From assembly GCF_963506605.1 (NCBI RefSeq), contig NC_083280.1:33356001-33420000 (forward strand): DNA of 64,000 bases. Reading direction: 5' to 3'. This stretch comes from Zootoca vivipara (Eukaryota). Both the position numbers and the translations under genes were made by a program. Each line of letters starts with the position of its first letter. Within the stretch, counting starts at the first letter, position 1. Under the pieces are notes generated by a model. The model was not told where the DNA came from. It made no database searches and saw only the letters and a program-made list of their open reading frames with translations. Shown here piece after piece: positions 51,188-62,732 of this stretch.

Positions 51188-52521
51188 ACCCATATTTTCA
51201 CATAGCCATCATTCCAGTAAGAATTCAATTCACAAGTTGACATGGCTTGTTTGAACAGAACTGTGCTGGAGCTACATCACTGCTCCACCACAAGCACAAG
51301 CTGAATCACAACTAAGCTACCATAGGACATGTGTGCATGGTGCACTAAATGAAAATTTCACTGCAAGTTGTGTTGGGCACAAAGAGACACCACTCTCGTA
51401 GTTCAGGTGAAATAGGTTCAGTCCCAGTATGATGATCTGTTAACATTCCCATCTTCCATAGCTCAACTGAAGAGGTTTTTCCACTGATCTGGAGTGCCCG
51501 TTACTCCAGTTTAGAACCCGCACCTACAACATATTATCTAAAGCTACTCTTGAGCAATAGATCCAAATTGCTTTATAAATATTGGGGAAATCAGATTTAC
51601 CTTGAGATTTTAAAAAAGCACAGCATGAAATACATTTATGAGCACAAGAAGGGATCAGTATTTAGGACATCAGTGTGGATTCTCTGTCAGCCTGACCAAG
51701 TAGCTTCGGGAAAGATTAGGTATATATTTTTAACATTTCATTAGAAACAGACACATCATAATCTATCTGTGTGGTGTTGGTGGGGAGAAATACATATAGT
51801 TGATTTTCATCTACATCAAATATCATTATTTTAAAAGGTACTACTTACTTTAAACTTGTATAACCTTAGGCTGTATTAATATTTCACAGTTTAGCCAATT
51901 ATTTTACCAGATGAAGAAACAAGTTGCAGTTCAAATCAGTTTGCTACTAATTTTTTGTCCATTTTTCTCACAGATATCTTATTAAGTAGCATTAATGACA
52001 ATTTGCTATTAAGGGTAGCTATGTCTTATCACCCCTGCACTGGGCTAGCTAAAATTATATATTTTCTTAACATAATCCTCTTAAAAGTAAGAGGGGATCT
52101 CTTTGAGGCAAGTAAGGCAAAATTGAGGTTACTGTTCAAGAGACCTTGAATTACACACTTTGAGAAAGAGGGCAAGGGCAAAGTTGCAGTTTAAAGAGAC
52201 TGAAATGAGGATTTAGCAAATCTAAGTATTTTCTTCAGTATCTGATATAAAATATTGTAAGCTGCCTTAGGGACTGACACTTCATATCAGATGTTCTCTA
52301 GTGCTGAGTAACTCCCGTCAGGAGTTTTCTTTTTGCATAGCTTACAAAGCAGGGGGAAAGATTCATAGTGCAAGGTCACACATCTACCATACAAAAAGAG
52401 CTGCTGTAAGAATGTCTTATATAAAAATAGCCAATGACCGCAAGCCCATGATGTACAGCAACTCAACTTTCAAGAAATCCAAACACTGTAGCAACTTTAA
52501 GTATATTTTCAGTAATACTGA

Positions 52522-52716
52522 AGAGCCATGGCTCAGTGGTGTTGGATCTGCTTTGAATGCCGCAGTTCCCAGGATCAACCACTGGCATCTCCAGCTAGAA
52601 CTGGGGACGGTCCTTGAACCTGTGACTCTGTAGAGTGGCTGCCAGCCAGTGTGTAAACATTACTGAGCTAGATGAATCAGGTGGGCTGACTAGATACGAG
52701 ACAGTTTCCTATGTTC
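52522..52716 (+). mobile_element. Old tRNA-derived SINE with CR1-like 3' end
   Basis: A-box-like TGGCTCAGTGG; end actgagctagatg...ttcctatgttc. Confidence 0.6.
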
Positions 52717-55489
52717 TCAATACTAGACTACCTCCTAATATAGACAGTCAGTGGTCTGGTTCCTATGACATTCCCTGGATTAAACAGACATTCATTCATG
52801 AACCAGGCAATAAGCTTTAAGCTCCTCAAGCTTTGCTCTTTTCTTATTTCCTTATTATTTTAAGGATATTATATCCAAAACACCCACTAACCTATATCAT
52901 AAGAGTATCAGGGCTTCTTGAAGTATCCTGCGATGAAGTAGGCCTGTGTTAAGCTAAATATCTACAAACAATATGACTTGTCACATTAAAGCAGAGCACA
53001 AAAGTCTTGGTAAAGCCAGTTTATTGGCCTCATCTAATGGCGACAACTAGCAACATCTACCATAGCAACTTTAGACTGGTGGTCTTCAGCAGAACATTTT
53101 TCAACTGTGAACAATTTACTCTAATGTCAGTGAAGTGCCCTGCATACAAATTTATTGTGAAGCATAAGGAAGAAGCAAGATGCCGGTAAGACATATTCTA
53201 GTTTATTGATACATCGACTGCAACTTCACTGAAGGAGGGAGGTGTATTTTTGTCTGTATTACTCAGAGAAGTGCCAAGTACATTGGTGGTGGCAAATAAA
53301 ATATTTGTAATAAATGTATCTGATTATACAGACAGAAATGTGAATATATCTCAATATGTCAAAGTTATACTGGCTCCCTTTTGGTTGCAGCTGTTATGGA
53401 CTGTTTTAGATATTTGTGATCTGCCCTTCGCCAAAAAAGGTTCTAGGGCACCAGACAACAAAGATTCAAAGCATGATTCACAATAACTAAAATTAATATA
53501 ACCCATGTCATAAAATTCAGAACTGAACCCTATACCAAAATTTACTTGTAGACACAGAGTTGTTTTTTGGAAAGGTATTACTGCTCTTTCCAAGGCCACA
53601 GAATGAGCAAGCAAACATGCTTGTGATGTCTCCAAGCAAAAGGATCCAGGTATAGAGTATGTATTTTCATACATCTAGAGTCCTTATACTTTACAGATAA
53701 AGAGGGTAAGTCATACTACAATTGGGAACTATAGCCAGTTCATGCTACTGTTTGCTCCCTGCATCATCCTGACAGAATCACACAATGCGCAAAACTTTAG
53801 CAGGCTAGGTGCTGAGAGGATATCCTCAGAATGGCAGTGGAGCAGAGCACCTTTGTAGCAACTGGTACCATCCCAGAACCACAGCAGATAGAGATGTGTT
53901 TGTTCATACACAGAACAAACCAAAGAGTGATAGTTCTCTTCATTAGCCAGTATAGGTAGTGAGCATGTGAGTTGCTCAGTTACTTACATCTTCTTTGACA
54001 CTGAAGCCTCTGTTTTTCAGCAGGAAATAACAAGAAATAAGAAATAACAAGAGGTGGGCTGACTTGCAGCTCTCTCTTGCCAAGTAAACCAAACAGTACA
54101 TCAGCTGTGTACAAAGACCTCAAAGGAGACAACATCCTCCTTCAAGCTACCAAGCAACTCACTTTACATACATGACCCCAAACATATCATTTTGGGAGGG
54201 GGGCAATCAATTAAACATATCAAGCATTCTTTGCAATCGTAGTACCTTTCATCTGATGGTCTACAGCTGCTCTTCATAAAGAAACCAAAACTTGAAATTT
54301 TCACACATATTTGCACAAATGAAAACAAAATCACAATGGGAAAGTAACTGGTGGCAACTGCAGCGATTCTCCATATATAAATACCTCACCAGGAATGAAA
54401 GCATAATACCTTGTTGACATCTTTTTATGTCTCTATAATGGTCATTAAAAAGTCTTCTTATATCAAGCACTAAACATCATGTAAAATTGTAGAAGTCTAA
54501 CAATGCACTTTGCAGCCCCCCAGTGGTAAAGTAGAATTTGTAACTTTGACACTATTCATATGCACCAGTCTTTATAGAATAACACTCCTCAAACACCTAC
54601 AAACAAAACTCACGTTTGCCAGAAGGAAATCATATGGTGGTTATTTTAAAGGAGATAAATAGAGGGACAACTGCCAGCTGCTCTATTTCTGTCCATTGCT
54701 TGCAATCTATATTGCAATCAAACTGCATGCAAAACACAAAGATTATAGTAATTGAGCTGATGACCTCTGTGCCTTGTGCTCAAATAATCTATATTTCTGC
54801 TGGTTCTCAGAACATAATCCTCCAAGTTCATGTGAATTAATGTTAATGTTTTGTCCTAGGCATACACAAAGAGCAATAAGAAACCGTGGCATTTTCAAAG
54901 CAGTGCTTAGTAAAGTTATCACCACTTCTGCATAACACTGAATAGTTAAGATAACAAAGATTCACAGCAGAAAGGCAAGACAGAGAAGGGGGAAATCATT
55001 TACTTTTTGAGAGCCAAGGTGAACCACAGATGTCACCAGCAAAAGTAGTTGGGTTAAAAACAGAAATTACTAATGCATACTATCAAAATAAATCTATGAA
55101 TAACATGTTTCATCATAGAGGGAATACCAAAAGCCACCTGGGGTTATCTAAGTAGTTTAATGCTACAGAGACTATTATTATTTTCCCTGCCAAGTTTTCC
55201 TTTTTCTCTGACAACATTGCTTTCCATTGAAGGGACATCATATCAAGGGTGAAAAGTCTTAAATGTGTTTCAAGGAGGAGCATTGCAAAGTGGAATGCAT
55301 GGGAACTCCAGGGCCAAGTGGGCTACCCCAGCTAAAATGAAAAACGAGTATTTTCTATGTTAGGCAGGCTACGTCAATGTTTTGGTGTCTTCAACTTTGC
55401 TGATGCAAGAACCGAAATACCAAGTTTCAGTGTGTACGACGGTACACACAACCGATCTTCCCTACCGATTCGAATTTCCCCTTCAAATA

Positions 55490-56900
55490 AACCCTTTTGG
55501 CCAGAGCTCCACGCAAAACAGACTCCTTTCTAGATTGGAGCCCCATAAGGCGAATAAACATTCCGCCTCAGTTTCGCCTCCTCATTTGCAGCCACTGGCT
55601 GCCTTTCGCTCAGCCAAGCAATCTGTTTAAGCCCCGCCAGGGTCAGAGCGCCCGTCTCCGGAGAGCGATGTGTGCGAGGCGCTTCACCTTCCCAGCACGC
55701 CTGCCCAATTCCCCCCAACTCCGGCAGCGGCTTCCCCTCGCCCTTCCCCTCACGACGCCTCAAACTTTCCCCGGCTCTTCTTTCCCTCAAGGATGCGTAA
55801 CGGCGAGGGAGTCCCTTTTCCTCGCCGCCTCCCACCCACCCCCTCTCTCCGAGGCGAGCGAGCGTCCCCGTCTGCACCTGCTGTTTCCAGGTGCAGCCAA
55901 CGAAGCTTCCCCGCTTCCCTCTTCCGCACCAAAACCAACGGCAGCCCAAGCGAACGAAACTCCCCCTGCGTGCCACCAGAGCCTCGCCAAGCGCAACAAG
56001 CCCGCCAGACACAACAAACGCTGCCGCCTGCGCCCTCGGAATTGCCCCGGGAAGGAAGCGCTTGCGCCAAGCCGACGAGGCGGCGCCCCTCACACCTGCG
56101 CGCAGCCTGGCTTCGCTGGGAAGGAGAAGGCGAGGCGAGGCGAGGAGGGAGGAAAACTTCACTTACCTTTGGCGGCGAGGAGACTGCCGACCCCGCACAG
56201 GAGCAGCGCCCACTCCCAGCACTGTCTCATCCTCTCGGCAACCCGGTGGAGCAGGACGCGCTTTCTTCTTCTCTTCCTCCTCTTCCTCGGCTTTTATCGC
56301 AGCTGCTGCCACAGCCGTCTCCCTTCGTCGAGGCAGAGGAGGCTCAGGGCTGCGCCGCGCGCTCCCTCAGACCGCTTGTGTCGCTGGGCTGTGGCAGCGG
56401 AGGGAAAGGGAAGCGAGAAGAAGCTGGAGCTGCCGCGCGCGCGCCGCGGCGTATGCTAGACTAGAGGATGATGACGGCTACTGCTCAGTCATTCGCAGGA
56501 TTTACTGCCAGGACCAAAGCAGCTCTCCGGCTTTCACCGCGGGACTGCTGCAACGTCACTGGGAGGAGATACGTGAATATTCATGAGGAGGAGGAGGAGG
56601 GGCGGGGCGGCGGGAGAAGAGACGCGGCGGGAAGGAGGTTCGGCGCGCGCAAACTACGGCGAAGAAAAGCACGCTTTCTGAACGCTGCCACTTTCATTCC
56701 GCAGGAATAGCCTCTGAGTTGGGGGCTTTAACCTCTTCTGCCTTCTCTGGATGTTGCAGCCAGGAGGATCACTGGCTGCCCCGAGGGAAGGTGTGCGCAG
56801 CCACCTCTTCCTGCTGCGCACCTACCTACCTACCTGCCTGCTGTCTCGGGTTGGTGCAGCGCGGAAGGTTGGCTACGAAGCAGCCACTTCATCCTCTCAC
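55490..56900. promoter_or_regulatory. CpG island / promoter and 5'UTR of the minus-strand gene
   Basis: Non-repetitive GC- and CpG-rich tract. GC boxes (GGGGCGGGGCGG ~56600), CRE-like TGACGT (~56554-56559, minus) and a TGAATATTCA palindrome (~56574-56583) lie upstream of the signal-peptide exon. Confidence 0.8.
56167..56230 (-). CDS. First coding exon (signal peptide MRQCWEWALLLCGVGSLLAAK + phase-1 intron) of an unidentified secreted or type-I membrane protein gene
   Basis: Minus strand reads gagaggATG AGA CAG TGC TGG GAG TGG GCG CTG CTC CTG TGC GGG GTC GGC AGT CTC CTC GCC GCC AAA G|gtaagt. A at -3 (Kozak), basic N-terminus plus hydrophobic core, consensus donor, inside a CpG island. Too short for the ORF track. 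Confidence 0.75.
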
Positions 56901-58810
56901 TTGCTCACCTGAGTTCGCGCTCTCTTTTGGAGGAGAAGGTTGCAGCGGGGATTCAGCTCAGCTAGTCAAATCCCAGTGGCTCCTCCTCCTTGCACAACCT
57001 CGCACCCTTCTCGGCATTAAGCACTGGGCAGGGAATGGTTGCCACTGCCTTTGGTTCCCTCCCTCCTCTCTCCCTCCCTCTGAAATTAGGCTCTTACAGA
57101 AGAGCAATAGAAAGGATGGGGGCCCAGTTATGCAGAGGAAATAGGGGGCAAAAAAGGAGGCAGGGACTGCCTGCTCACTCACCCTCTCTCTCTGAACAGC
57201 ATGTTGGTGAGGGATTGGGTTTTCACTGGGCTCACTCTCCACTGATGTGCCACCCAGCAGGAGAGCACAGGTGGGCAGATGAAGTTCAGGTGACTGCTTC
57301 TTCCATGATCAGCGCCCCTGAGTATCCATCCAGATTTGTTTGCACAAAGCTAGACCATGGTTGCAGGGATGCTATAGGACAATAAACATTTATCCTGATT
57401 TACTTGCACCGTGTTTGCATTACCTGTTACCCATTTGTTCACCCCACACTTTTCATTCCATTCCCATGTCACTTTCCTGGCCGCAAAAAGACTTTTTTTT
57501 TTTAAAAAAAAAGGTGGGTTTGTTGCAATAGGGTGACAGAGCAGTTTAATCACTTAAATTGTGCAAACCTAAATTACCAGTATACACTAGAATCCCTCCT
57601 GCAAAATACTGACAGACTGGATGTCTGTGTGATGTAATGCCCAGAGAAGGAAGGTGGGCAAATGGACAGAGGCAGCTGCTTGTGCTGACTCTTAAGGTTT
57701 TCTGCTGACTCTTAAGGTTTTCTAGAAAGCATGAGAGAGAGAGAGAGAGAGGAGTTAGCTACCCTGGGGAGTTTTGTGGGTTTTTTTGTTTTGGCACATT
57801 CCATTCCCACCCACCCCCAAGAGCAGGAGGTGTTGCCAAGGGTTCTAGGGGGCTCCCTAGCTGGTGACATCCCTCCTTATCCACTCTCTGCTGCAGGGCA
57901 GAAGAAGGGCGTGGCTGTTATTTACTATTTGACCACCTTCACTAACTAGTAACAGTGCTAAGTGACTGCTTGACTTTCAAAATAAAAGAGGCGTTATTAA
58001 ACACTTTTTTAAAAAAAAAATCAAAATATTCTTAATTTAATGTAGGTGCTTAATGTGGGGATCACCAATGTGATACCCATGGGTGCGTGATGCCCCTGAA
58101 ATCTTTCCCTGGTGCCCATGAAACCTCTAAGCCTTCCATTTACTGAACCCTTGGTCACAAGGTGTTCCTTGTTCTCTCTTGAAAAGTACATAGAGTTGAA
58201 GGAGGGATTTAGAATAAGAACTCTCGTTCCCACTTCCCCTTTCAGTTCCTATGTGCTTTTCAAGATTCCAGTTAATTATATTGCATATGACTTTACCTAG
58301 ATCCTTTTTTTGTTTAAGTGCAGGTGTGCTTTCTGACTGTCTGGGGGGGGGGAGTGTTGGGGGAGGGGAGAGATGTGACCAAAAAGGGTGGAACTCACAG
58401 TACTCACTCAAAAATCAAAATGTGCACATGAACTTAAAAAGGCTGGCAACTGTAGTTTGTCCAGATGGTGCAGAGAGCAAAGTGCCCAACATTCACAATC
58501 TATTCCTCCAGAACAATGGAACAGGGATATTTCAAGCTTCTTTTGTGTCTTCTCCATACATTATACATATGAAATAGAAGTACAGTAGAACTTCCATGGG
58601 AACTGGTTCACACATGTGTGTGCATATAACCTGAGAACTCAACACTTGGTACAGCTTCATATAGTTGAGATCTTTAGGATCTCATACACACATGAGGATA
58701 CATTCACATGTTGGTAGAATTTGCCTCATTACTAATTTCCTTTCACCCCCTTCTGAAGCACTGAGGAACTGGGGCGAATCATGCATATACTTTTCACATA
58801 TGAATGCCTG

Positions 58811-58988
58811 NNNNNNNNNNNNNNNNNNNNNNNNNNNNNNNNNNNNNNNNNNNNNNNNNNNNNNNNNNNNNNNNNNNNNNNNNNNNNNNNNNNNNNNNNN
58901 NNNNNNNNNNNNNNNNNNNNNNNNNNNNNNNNNNNNNNNNNNNNNNNNNNNNNNNNNNNNNNNNNNNNNNNNNNNNNNNNNNNNNNNN
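58811..58988. other. Assembly gap (N run)
   Basis: 178 N. Confidence 1.
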
Positions 58989-59207
58989 CCCGCTTTATCA
59001 CTATCCGAAGGATTCTCAAAGTGGCTAACAATCTCCTTTCCCCTCCTCCCCCACAACAAACACTCTGTGAGGTGAGTGGGGCTGAGAGACTTCAAAGAAG
59101 TGTGACTAGCCCAAGGTCACCCAGCAGCTGCATGTGGAGGAGCAGAGACGCGAACCCAGTTCCCCAGATTATGAGTATACCGCTCTTAACCACTACACCC
59201 ACTAGCC
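58989..59207 (-). mobile_element. tRNA-derived SINE (same family as 33153-33407)
   Basis: Reverse complement closely matches 33153-33375. Confidence 0.8.
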
Positions 59208-60840
59208 CTGCCCCATAAACAGTGCTGGTGTGAAAGAAATTTTGCAGCAGCAGGCATAATCCCCCTTTCCCACTGCATGAACTTGTGATGACTATTTCTG
59301 ATTGGGGGAAAGCTGGGCAATTCATGTCCCATTTAAAGTGTGCATCCAACAGTTATGAACATTCCTAGGTTTACCAGCCTATGGTTTAACCCTATTCAGA
59401 ACAGAAACAGGTTTTCTTTTTAACTTGAGAACAGCTGAGATATTATTTTGATTTTTGTGTGGTCTGTGTTTTCCTTGAATATAATTGTTAATTATTACAT
59501 TTATACCTTGCCTATCATGTGTTATGCTATTCAAGGCAGCTTATATGGTGCTTCCAGACTGTCTCCTATCCAGGCAGACTCTGGCCTCTTTAGCTTCACC
59601 AACGTTATTGCATCATGTGCCCTCAGGCCATGCCCTGGGCATCATTTTGCTTATTCTCTGCCACAATACCAGTGGGCCCAGCCACTGTGTTTTCAAATTT
59701 GCAAAACAAGAGTCCATACATGTTCAGGATTGCTTCAAAATTAAAGATCGCTCATTGTGTTAAGCGATGGGAGTGTGACTCCTGCTTAGGAACATAAGAA
59801 GTATCTTTCCAGATGAAGCAAATCCATTCTTTGCATGAGTTCCAGCAACCAGCCCTAGTTGGTCAATCATAAATTGACCACTGGTTCATTGGTGGACCAC
59901 TGGCAGATGCCTTCAGTCCACCATGCCTGTTCTAGAGCTCAGCCTTGGGAAAAGAAATAAACTTTTTGAGCATGTGCAGAATGCCTTTCTTCACTACTGT
60001 GCCTACCCTCAGTGCCTACCCTTTAGCTCTCACACCACTCCTGGGAAGGAGTCTTTCAGTGTCTTCACGTCATTTGTCCTCAAGGATAAAGCATTTCTTG
60101 AAACCCTGTCTTGAAACTCCCTGCTCAGATAAATATGTACCATCATGCCTGTACCAATGAACTATGTATGCTATGCATTTATGATAAATTACTGCTCCTG
60201 CTTGCTGACTAAACACACAGCCCACTATCCCATTTGTTTTACTGCATGCTTTGTCCACCCAGTGCTGCCCGTTGGCCCCTTGCCAGGCTCTTCATCCAAG
60301 CATCGTTTTGCCTGGCAGATGACTGCCGTGAGCACCTCGTTAACTCATTCAACTCCCCAGATTTGTCACAAATCATTTGCCCCTAAATGGCTGAATCCCT
60401 ATAAACAGGAGGTGCCTCCCTGCTTGCTTTCTTCTGTAATGGCTGTTAACAGCTGATTCCACAGCATTCCCACCTGCTGTCCCAATCAAAACTGGCCAAT
60501 GCTCAATGGAAAGCCAAAGCGATTAGCAAAGCGATTAGCTATTTCTCCAAGGCCAGAACACAAATCTGCAGTGATGATCTGCATATCCAAATTCTAATTG
60601 ACACACAGGCACTTGGGACAGCAATCAACTTTTTAACATACGAAAAAGCATTTCAATTGGGTTTCCAGATCTGAGGAATCCCCTGAAAAAGTGTGGGGAA
60701 ATGCACAGAAAAATGCACAACAATTTTCAGAGTAGACAAGTTATCCTCCTGCAAAAAAGCAACCAAAGGGTCTTGCAACAATTTAATAAATTTGTTAACA
60801 TGAAATTTATGCCATATTTTTTTAAAAAGTGTTTAAGGTG

Positions 60841-61960
60841 TCATAGAATCATAGAGTTGGAAGAGACCACAAGGGCCATCCAGTCCAACCCCCTGCCAAG
60901 CAGGAAACACCATCAAAGCATTCTTGACATATGCCTGTCAAGCCCCTGCTTAAAGACCTCCAAAGAAGGAGACTCCACCACACTCCTTGGTAGCAAATTC
61001 CACTGCCGGACAGCTCTTACTGTCAGGAAGTTCTTCCTAATGTTTAGGTGGAATCTTCTTTCTTGTAGTTTGAATCCATTGCTTCGTGTCCGCTTCTCTG
61101 GAGCAGCAGAAAACAATCTTTCTCCCTCCTCCATATGACATCCTTTCATATATTTGAACATGGCTATCATATCACCCCTTAACCTTCTCTTCTCCAGGCT
61201 AAACATACCCAGCTCCCTAAGCCGTTCCTCATAAGGCATTGTTTCCAGGCCTTTGACCATTTTGGTTGCCCTCCTCTGGACACGTTCCAGTTTGTCAGTA
61301 TCCTTCTTGAACTGTGGTGCCCAGATCTGGACACAGTACTCCAGGTGAGGTCTGACCAGAGCAGAATATAGTGGTACTATTACTTCCCTTGATCTAGATG
61401 CTATACTCCTATTGATGCAGCCCAGAATTGCATTGGCTTTTTTAGCTGCTGCATCACACTGCTGACTCATGTCAAGTTTGTGATCTACCAAGACTCCTAG
61501 ATCCTTTTCACATGTACTGCTCTCAAGCCAGGTGTCACCCATCCTGTATTTGTGCCTTTCATTTTTTCTGCCCAAGTGTAGTACCTTACATTTCTCCTTG
61601 TTAAAATTCATCTTGTTTGCTTTGGCCCAGTTGTCTAATCTGTTAAGGTCATTTTGAAGTGTGATCCTGTCCTCTGGGGTATTAGCCACCGCTCCCAATT
61701 TGGTGTCGTCTGCAAACTTGCTCAGGATACCCTCAAGCCCATCATCCAAGTCATTGATAAAGATGTTGAATAAGACTGGGCCCAAGACAGAACCCTGTGG
61801 CACCCCACAAGTCACTACTCTCCAGGATGAGGAGGAGCCATTGATGAGCACCCTTTGGGTTCGGTCAGTAAGCCAGTTACAAATCCACTGAATGGTAGCA
61901 TTGTCTAGCCTGCATTTTACCAGCTTCTTTACAAGAATATCATGGGGCACCTTGTCAAAG
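60841..61960 (-). mobile_element. Young 5'-truncated CR1 LINE with an uninterrupted RT C-terminal ORF (60913-61950, 345 aa)
   Basis: [43 protein letters not shown]; minus-strand tail ...CTCTATGATTCTATGA. Confidence 0.95.
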
Positions 61961-61994
61961 GGTTAGGATTAAGTTGTTACTCTACTTGCATGCT

Positions 61995-62732
61995 ATAGAA
62001 TAATAGAGTCATAGAATTGTAGAGTTGGAAGGGACCCTGAGGGTCATCATGCAGGTATCTCAGCTGAAGCATCCATGACAGATGCCCATCCAACTTCTGC
62101 TCAAAAACCTCCAAAGGAGGTGTTATGTACTGAGCTGAATCCTAGAACAATAGGATCCAGAATGCAGCAGTCTGATTGGTCTGCAGGAGCCATCCAATCC
62201 AGCTCCAAGTGGAAGTGAATCAGCAACCTGATTGGCTGCAGGAGCAGCCAATCAGGCTGCTGGCAGAAGTCAATCCGCAACCTGATTGGCCCATAGGTGC
62301 AGCCCTGAAGTGGCCAATCACGCAAGGCCTATTGTGTAAATAATGTATATAAGCAGACGTTTTTGGGAAAAGAGCAATTCTTCTTTTCTTCCTCTATTGC
62401 TACTACAAGCTGAATAAAGAGCATGAAATTCACTCTCGACTCCAAGTATATTTCAGAAGGAGAGGTCATCACCTCCCAAGGGAGACCGTTCCACTGTCAA
62501 ATAGCTCTTAGTGTAAGATAGTTCTTTTTGATATTAAGTTGGAATCTACTTTCTTGTAACTTGAAGCCATTGGTTTGGGTCCTAGCCTCTGAAGCAGGAT
62601 AAAGCAAGTTTGCTCCATCTTCCATGTGACAGCCCTTTAGATAGTTGAAAATGGTTATCGCATCTCCTCTTAGTCTTCTCTTATCCAGGCTAAACATACC
62701 CAACTCTCTCAATGGTTCCTCATAAGGCTTGT
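61995..62732 (-). mobile_element. Older CR1 3' fragment interrupted by a solo LTR
   Basis: [21 protein letters not shown] in ORF 62497-62850; tail ~61995-62025. Confidence 0.85.
62121..62455 (+). mobile_element. Solo LTR (335 bp)
   Basis: TG...CA termini; 5-bp near-TSD GGAGG/GAAGG; six CCAAT/ATTGG boxes; TATATAA at ~62346; AATAAA at 62413. Confidence 0.8.

Noticed and set aside
54409-54468. Possible 60-nt phase 1-1 exon (VLDIRRLFNDHYRDIKRCQQ)
   Set aside because: Weak acceptor and donor, no recognisable homology
56167-56230. Assigning the symbol FLT1
   Set aside because: Only a short signal-peptide resemblance recalled from memory; the expected Ig-domain exons were not found in the window
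55497-56586. Long ORFs (210-320 aa) across the CpG island
   Set aside because: Stop-codon depletion in GC-rich promoter DNA; no recognisable domains
57683-57722. 20-bp tandem duplication TGCTGACTCTTAAGGTTTTC x2
   Set aside because: Ordinary local slippage duplication with no further structure
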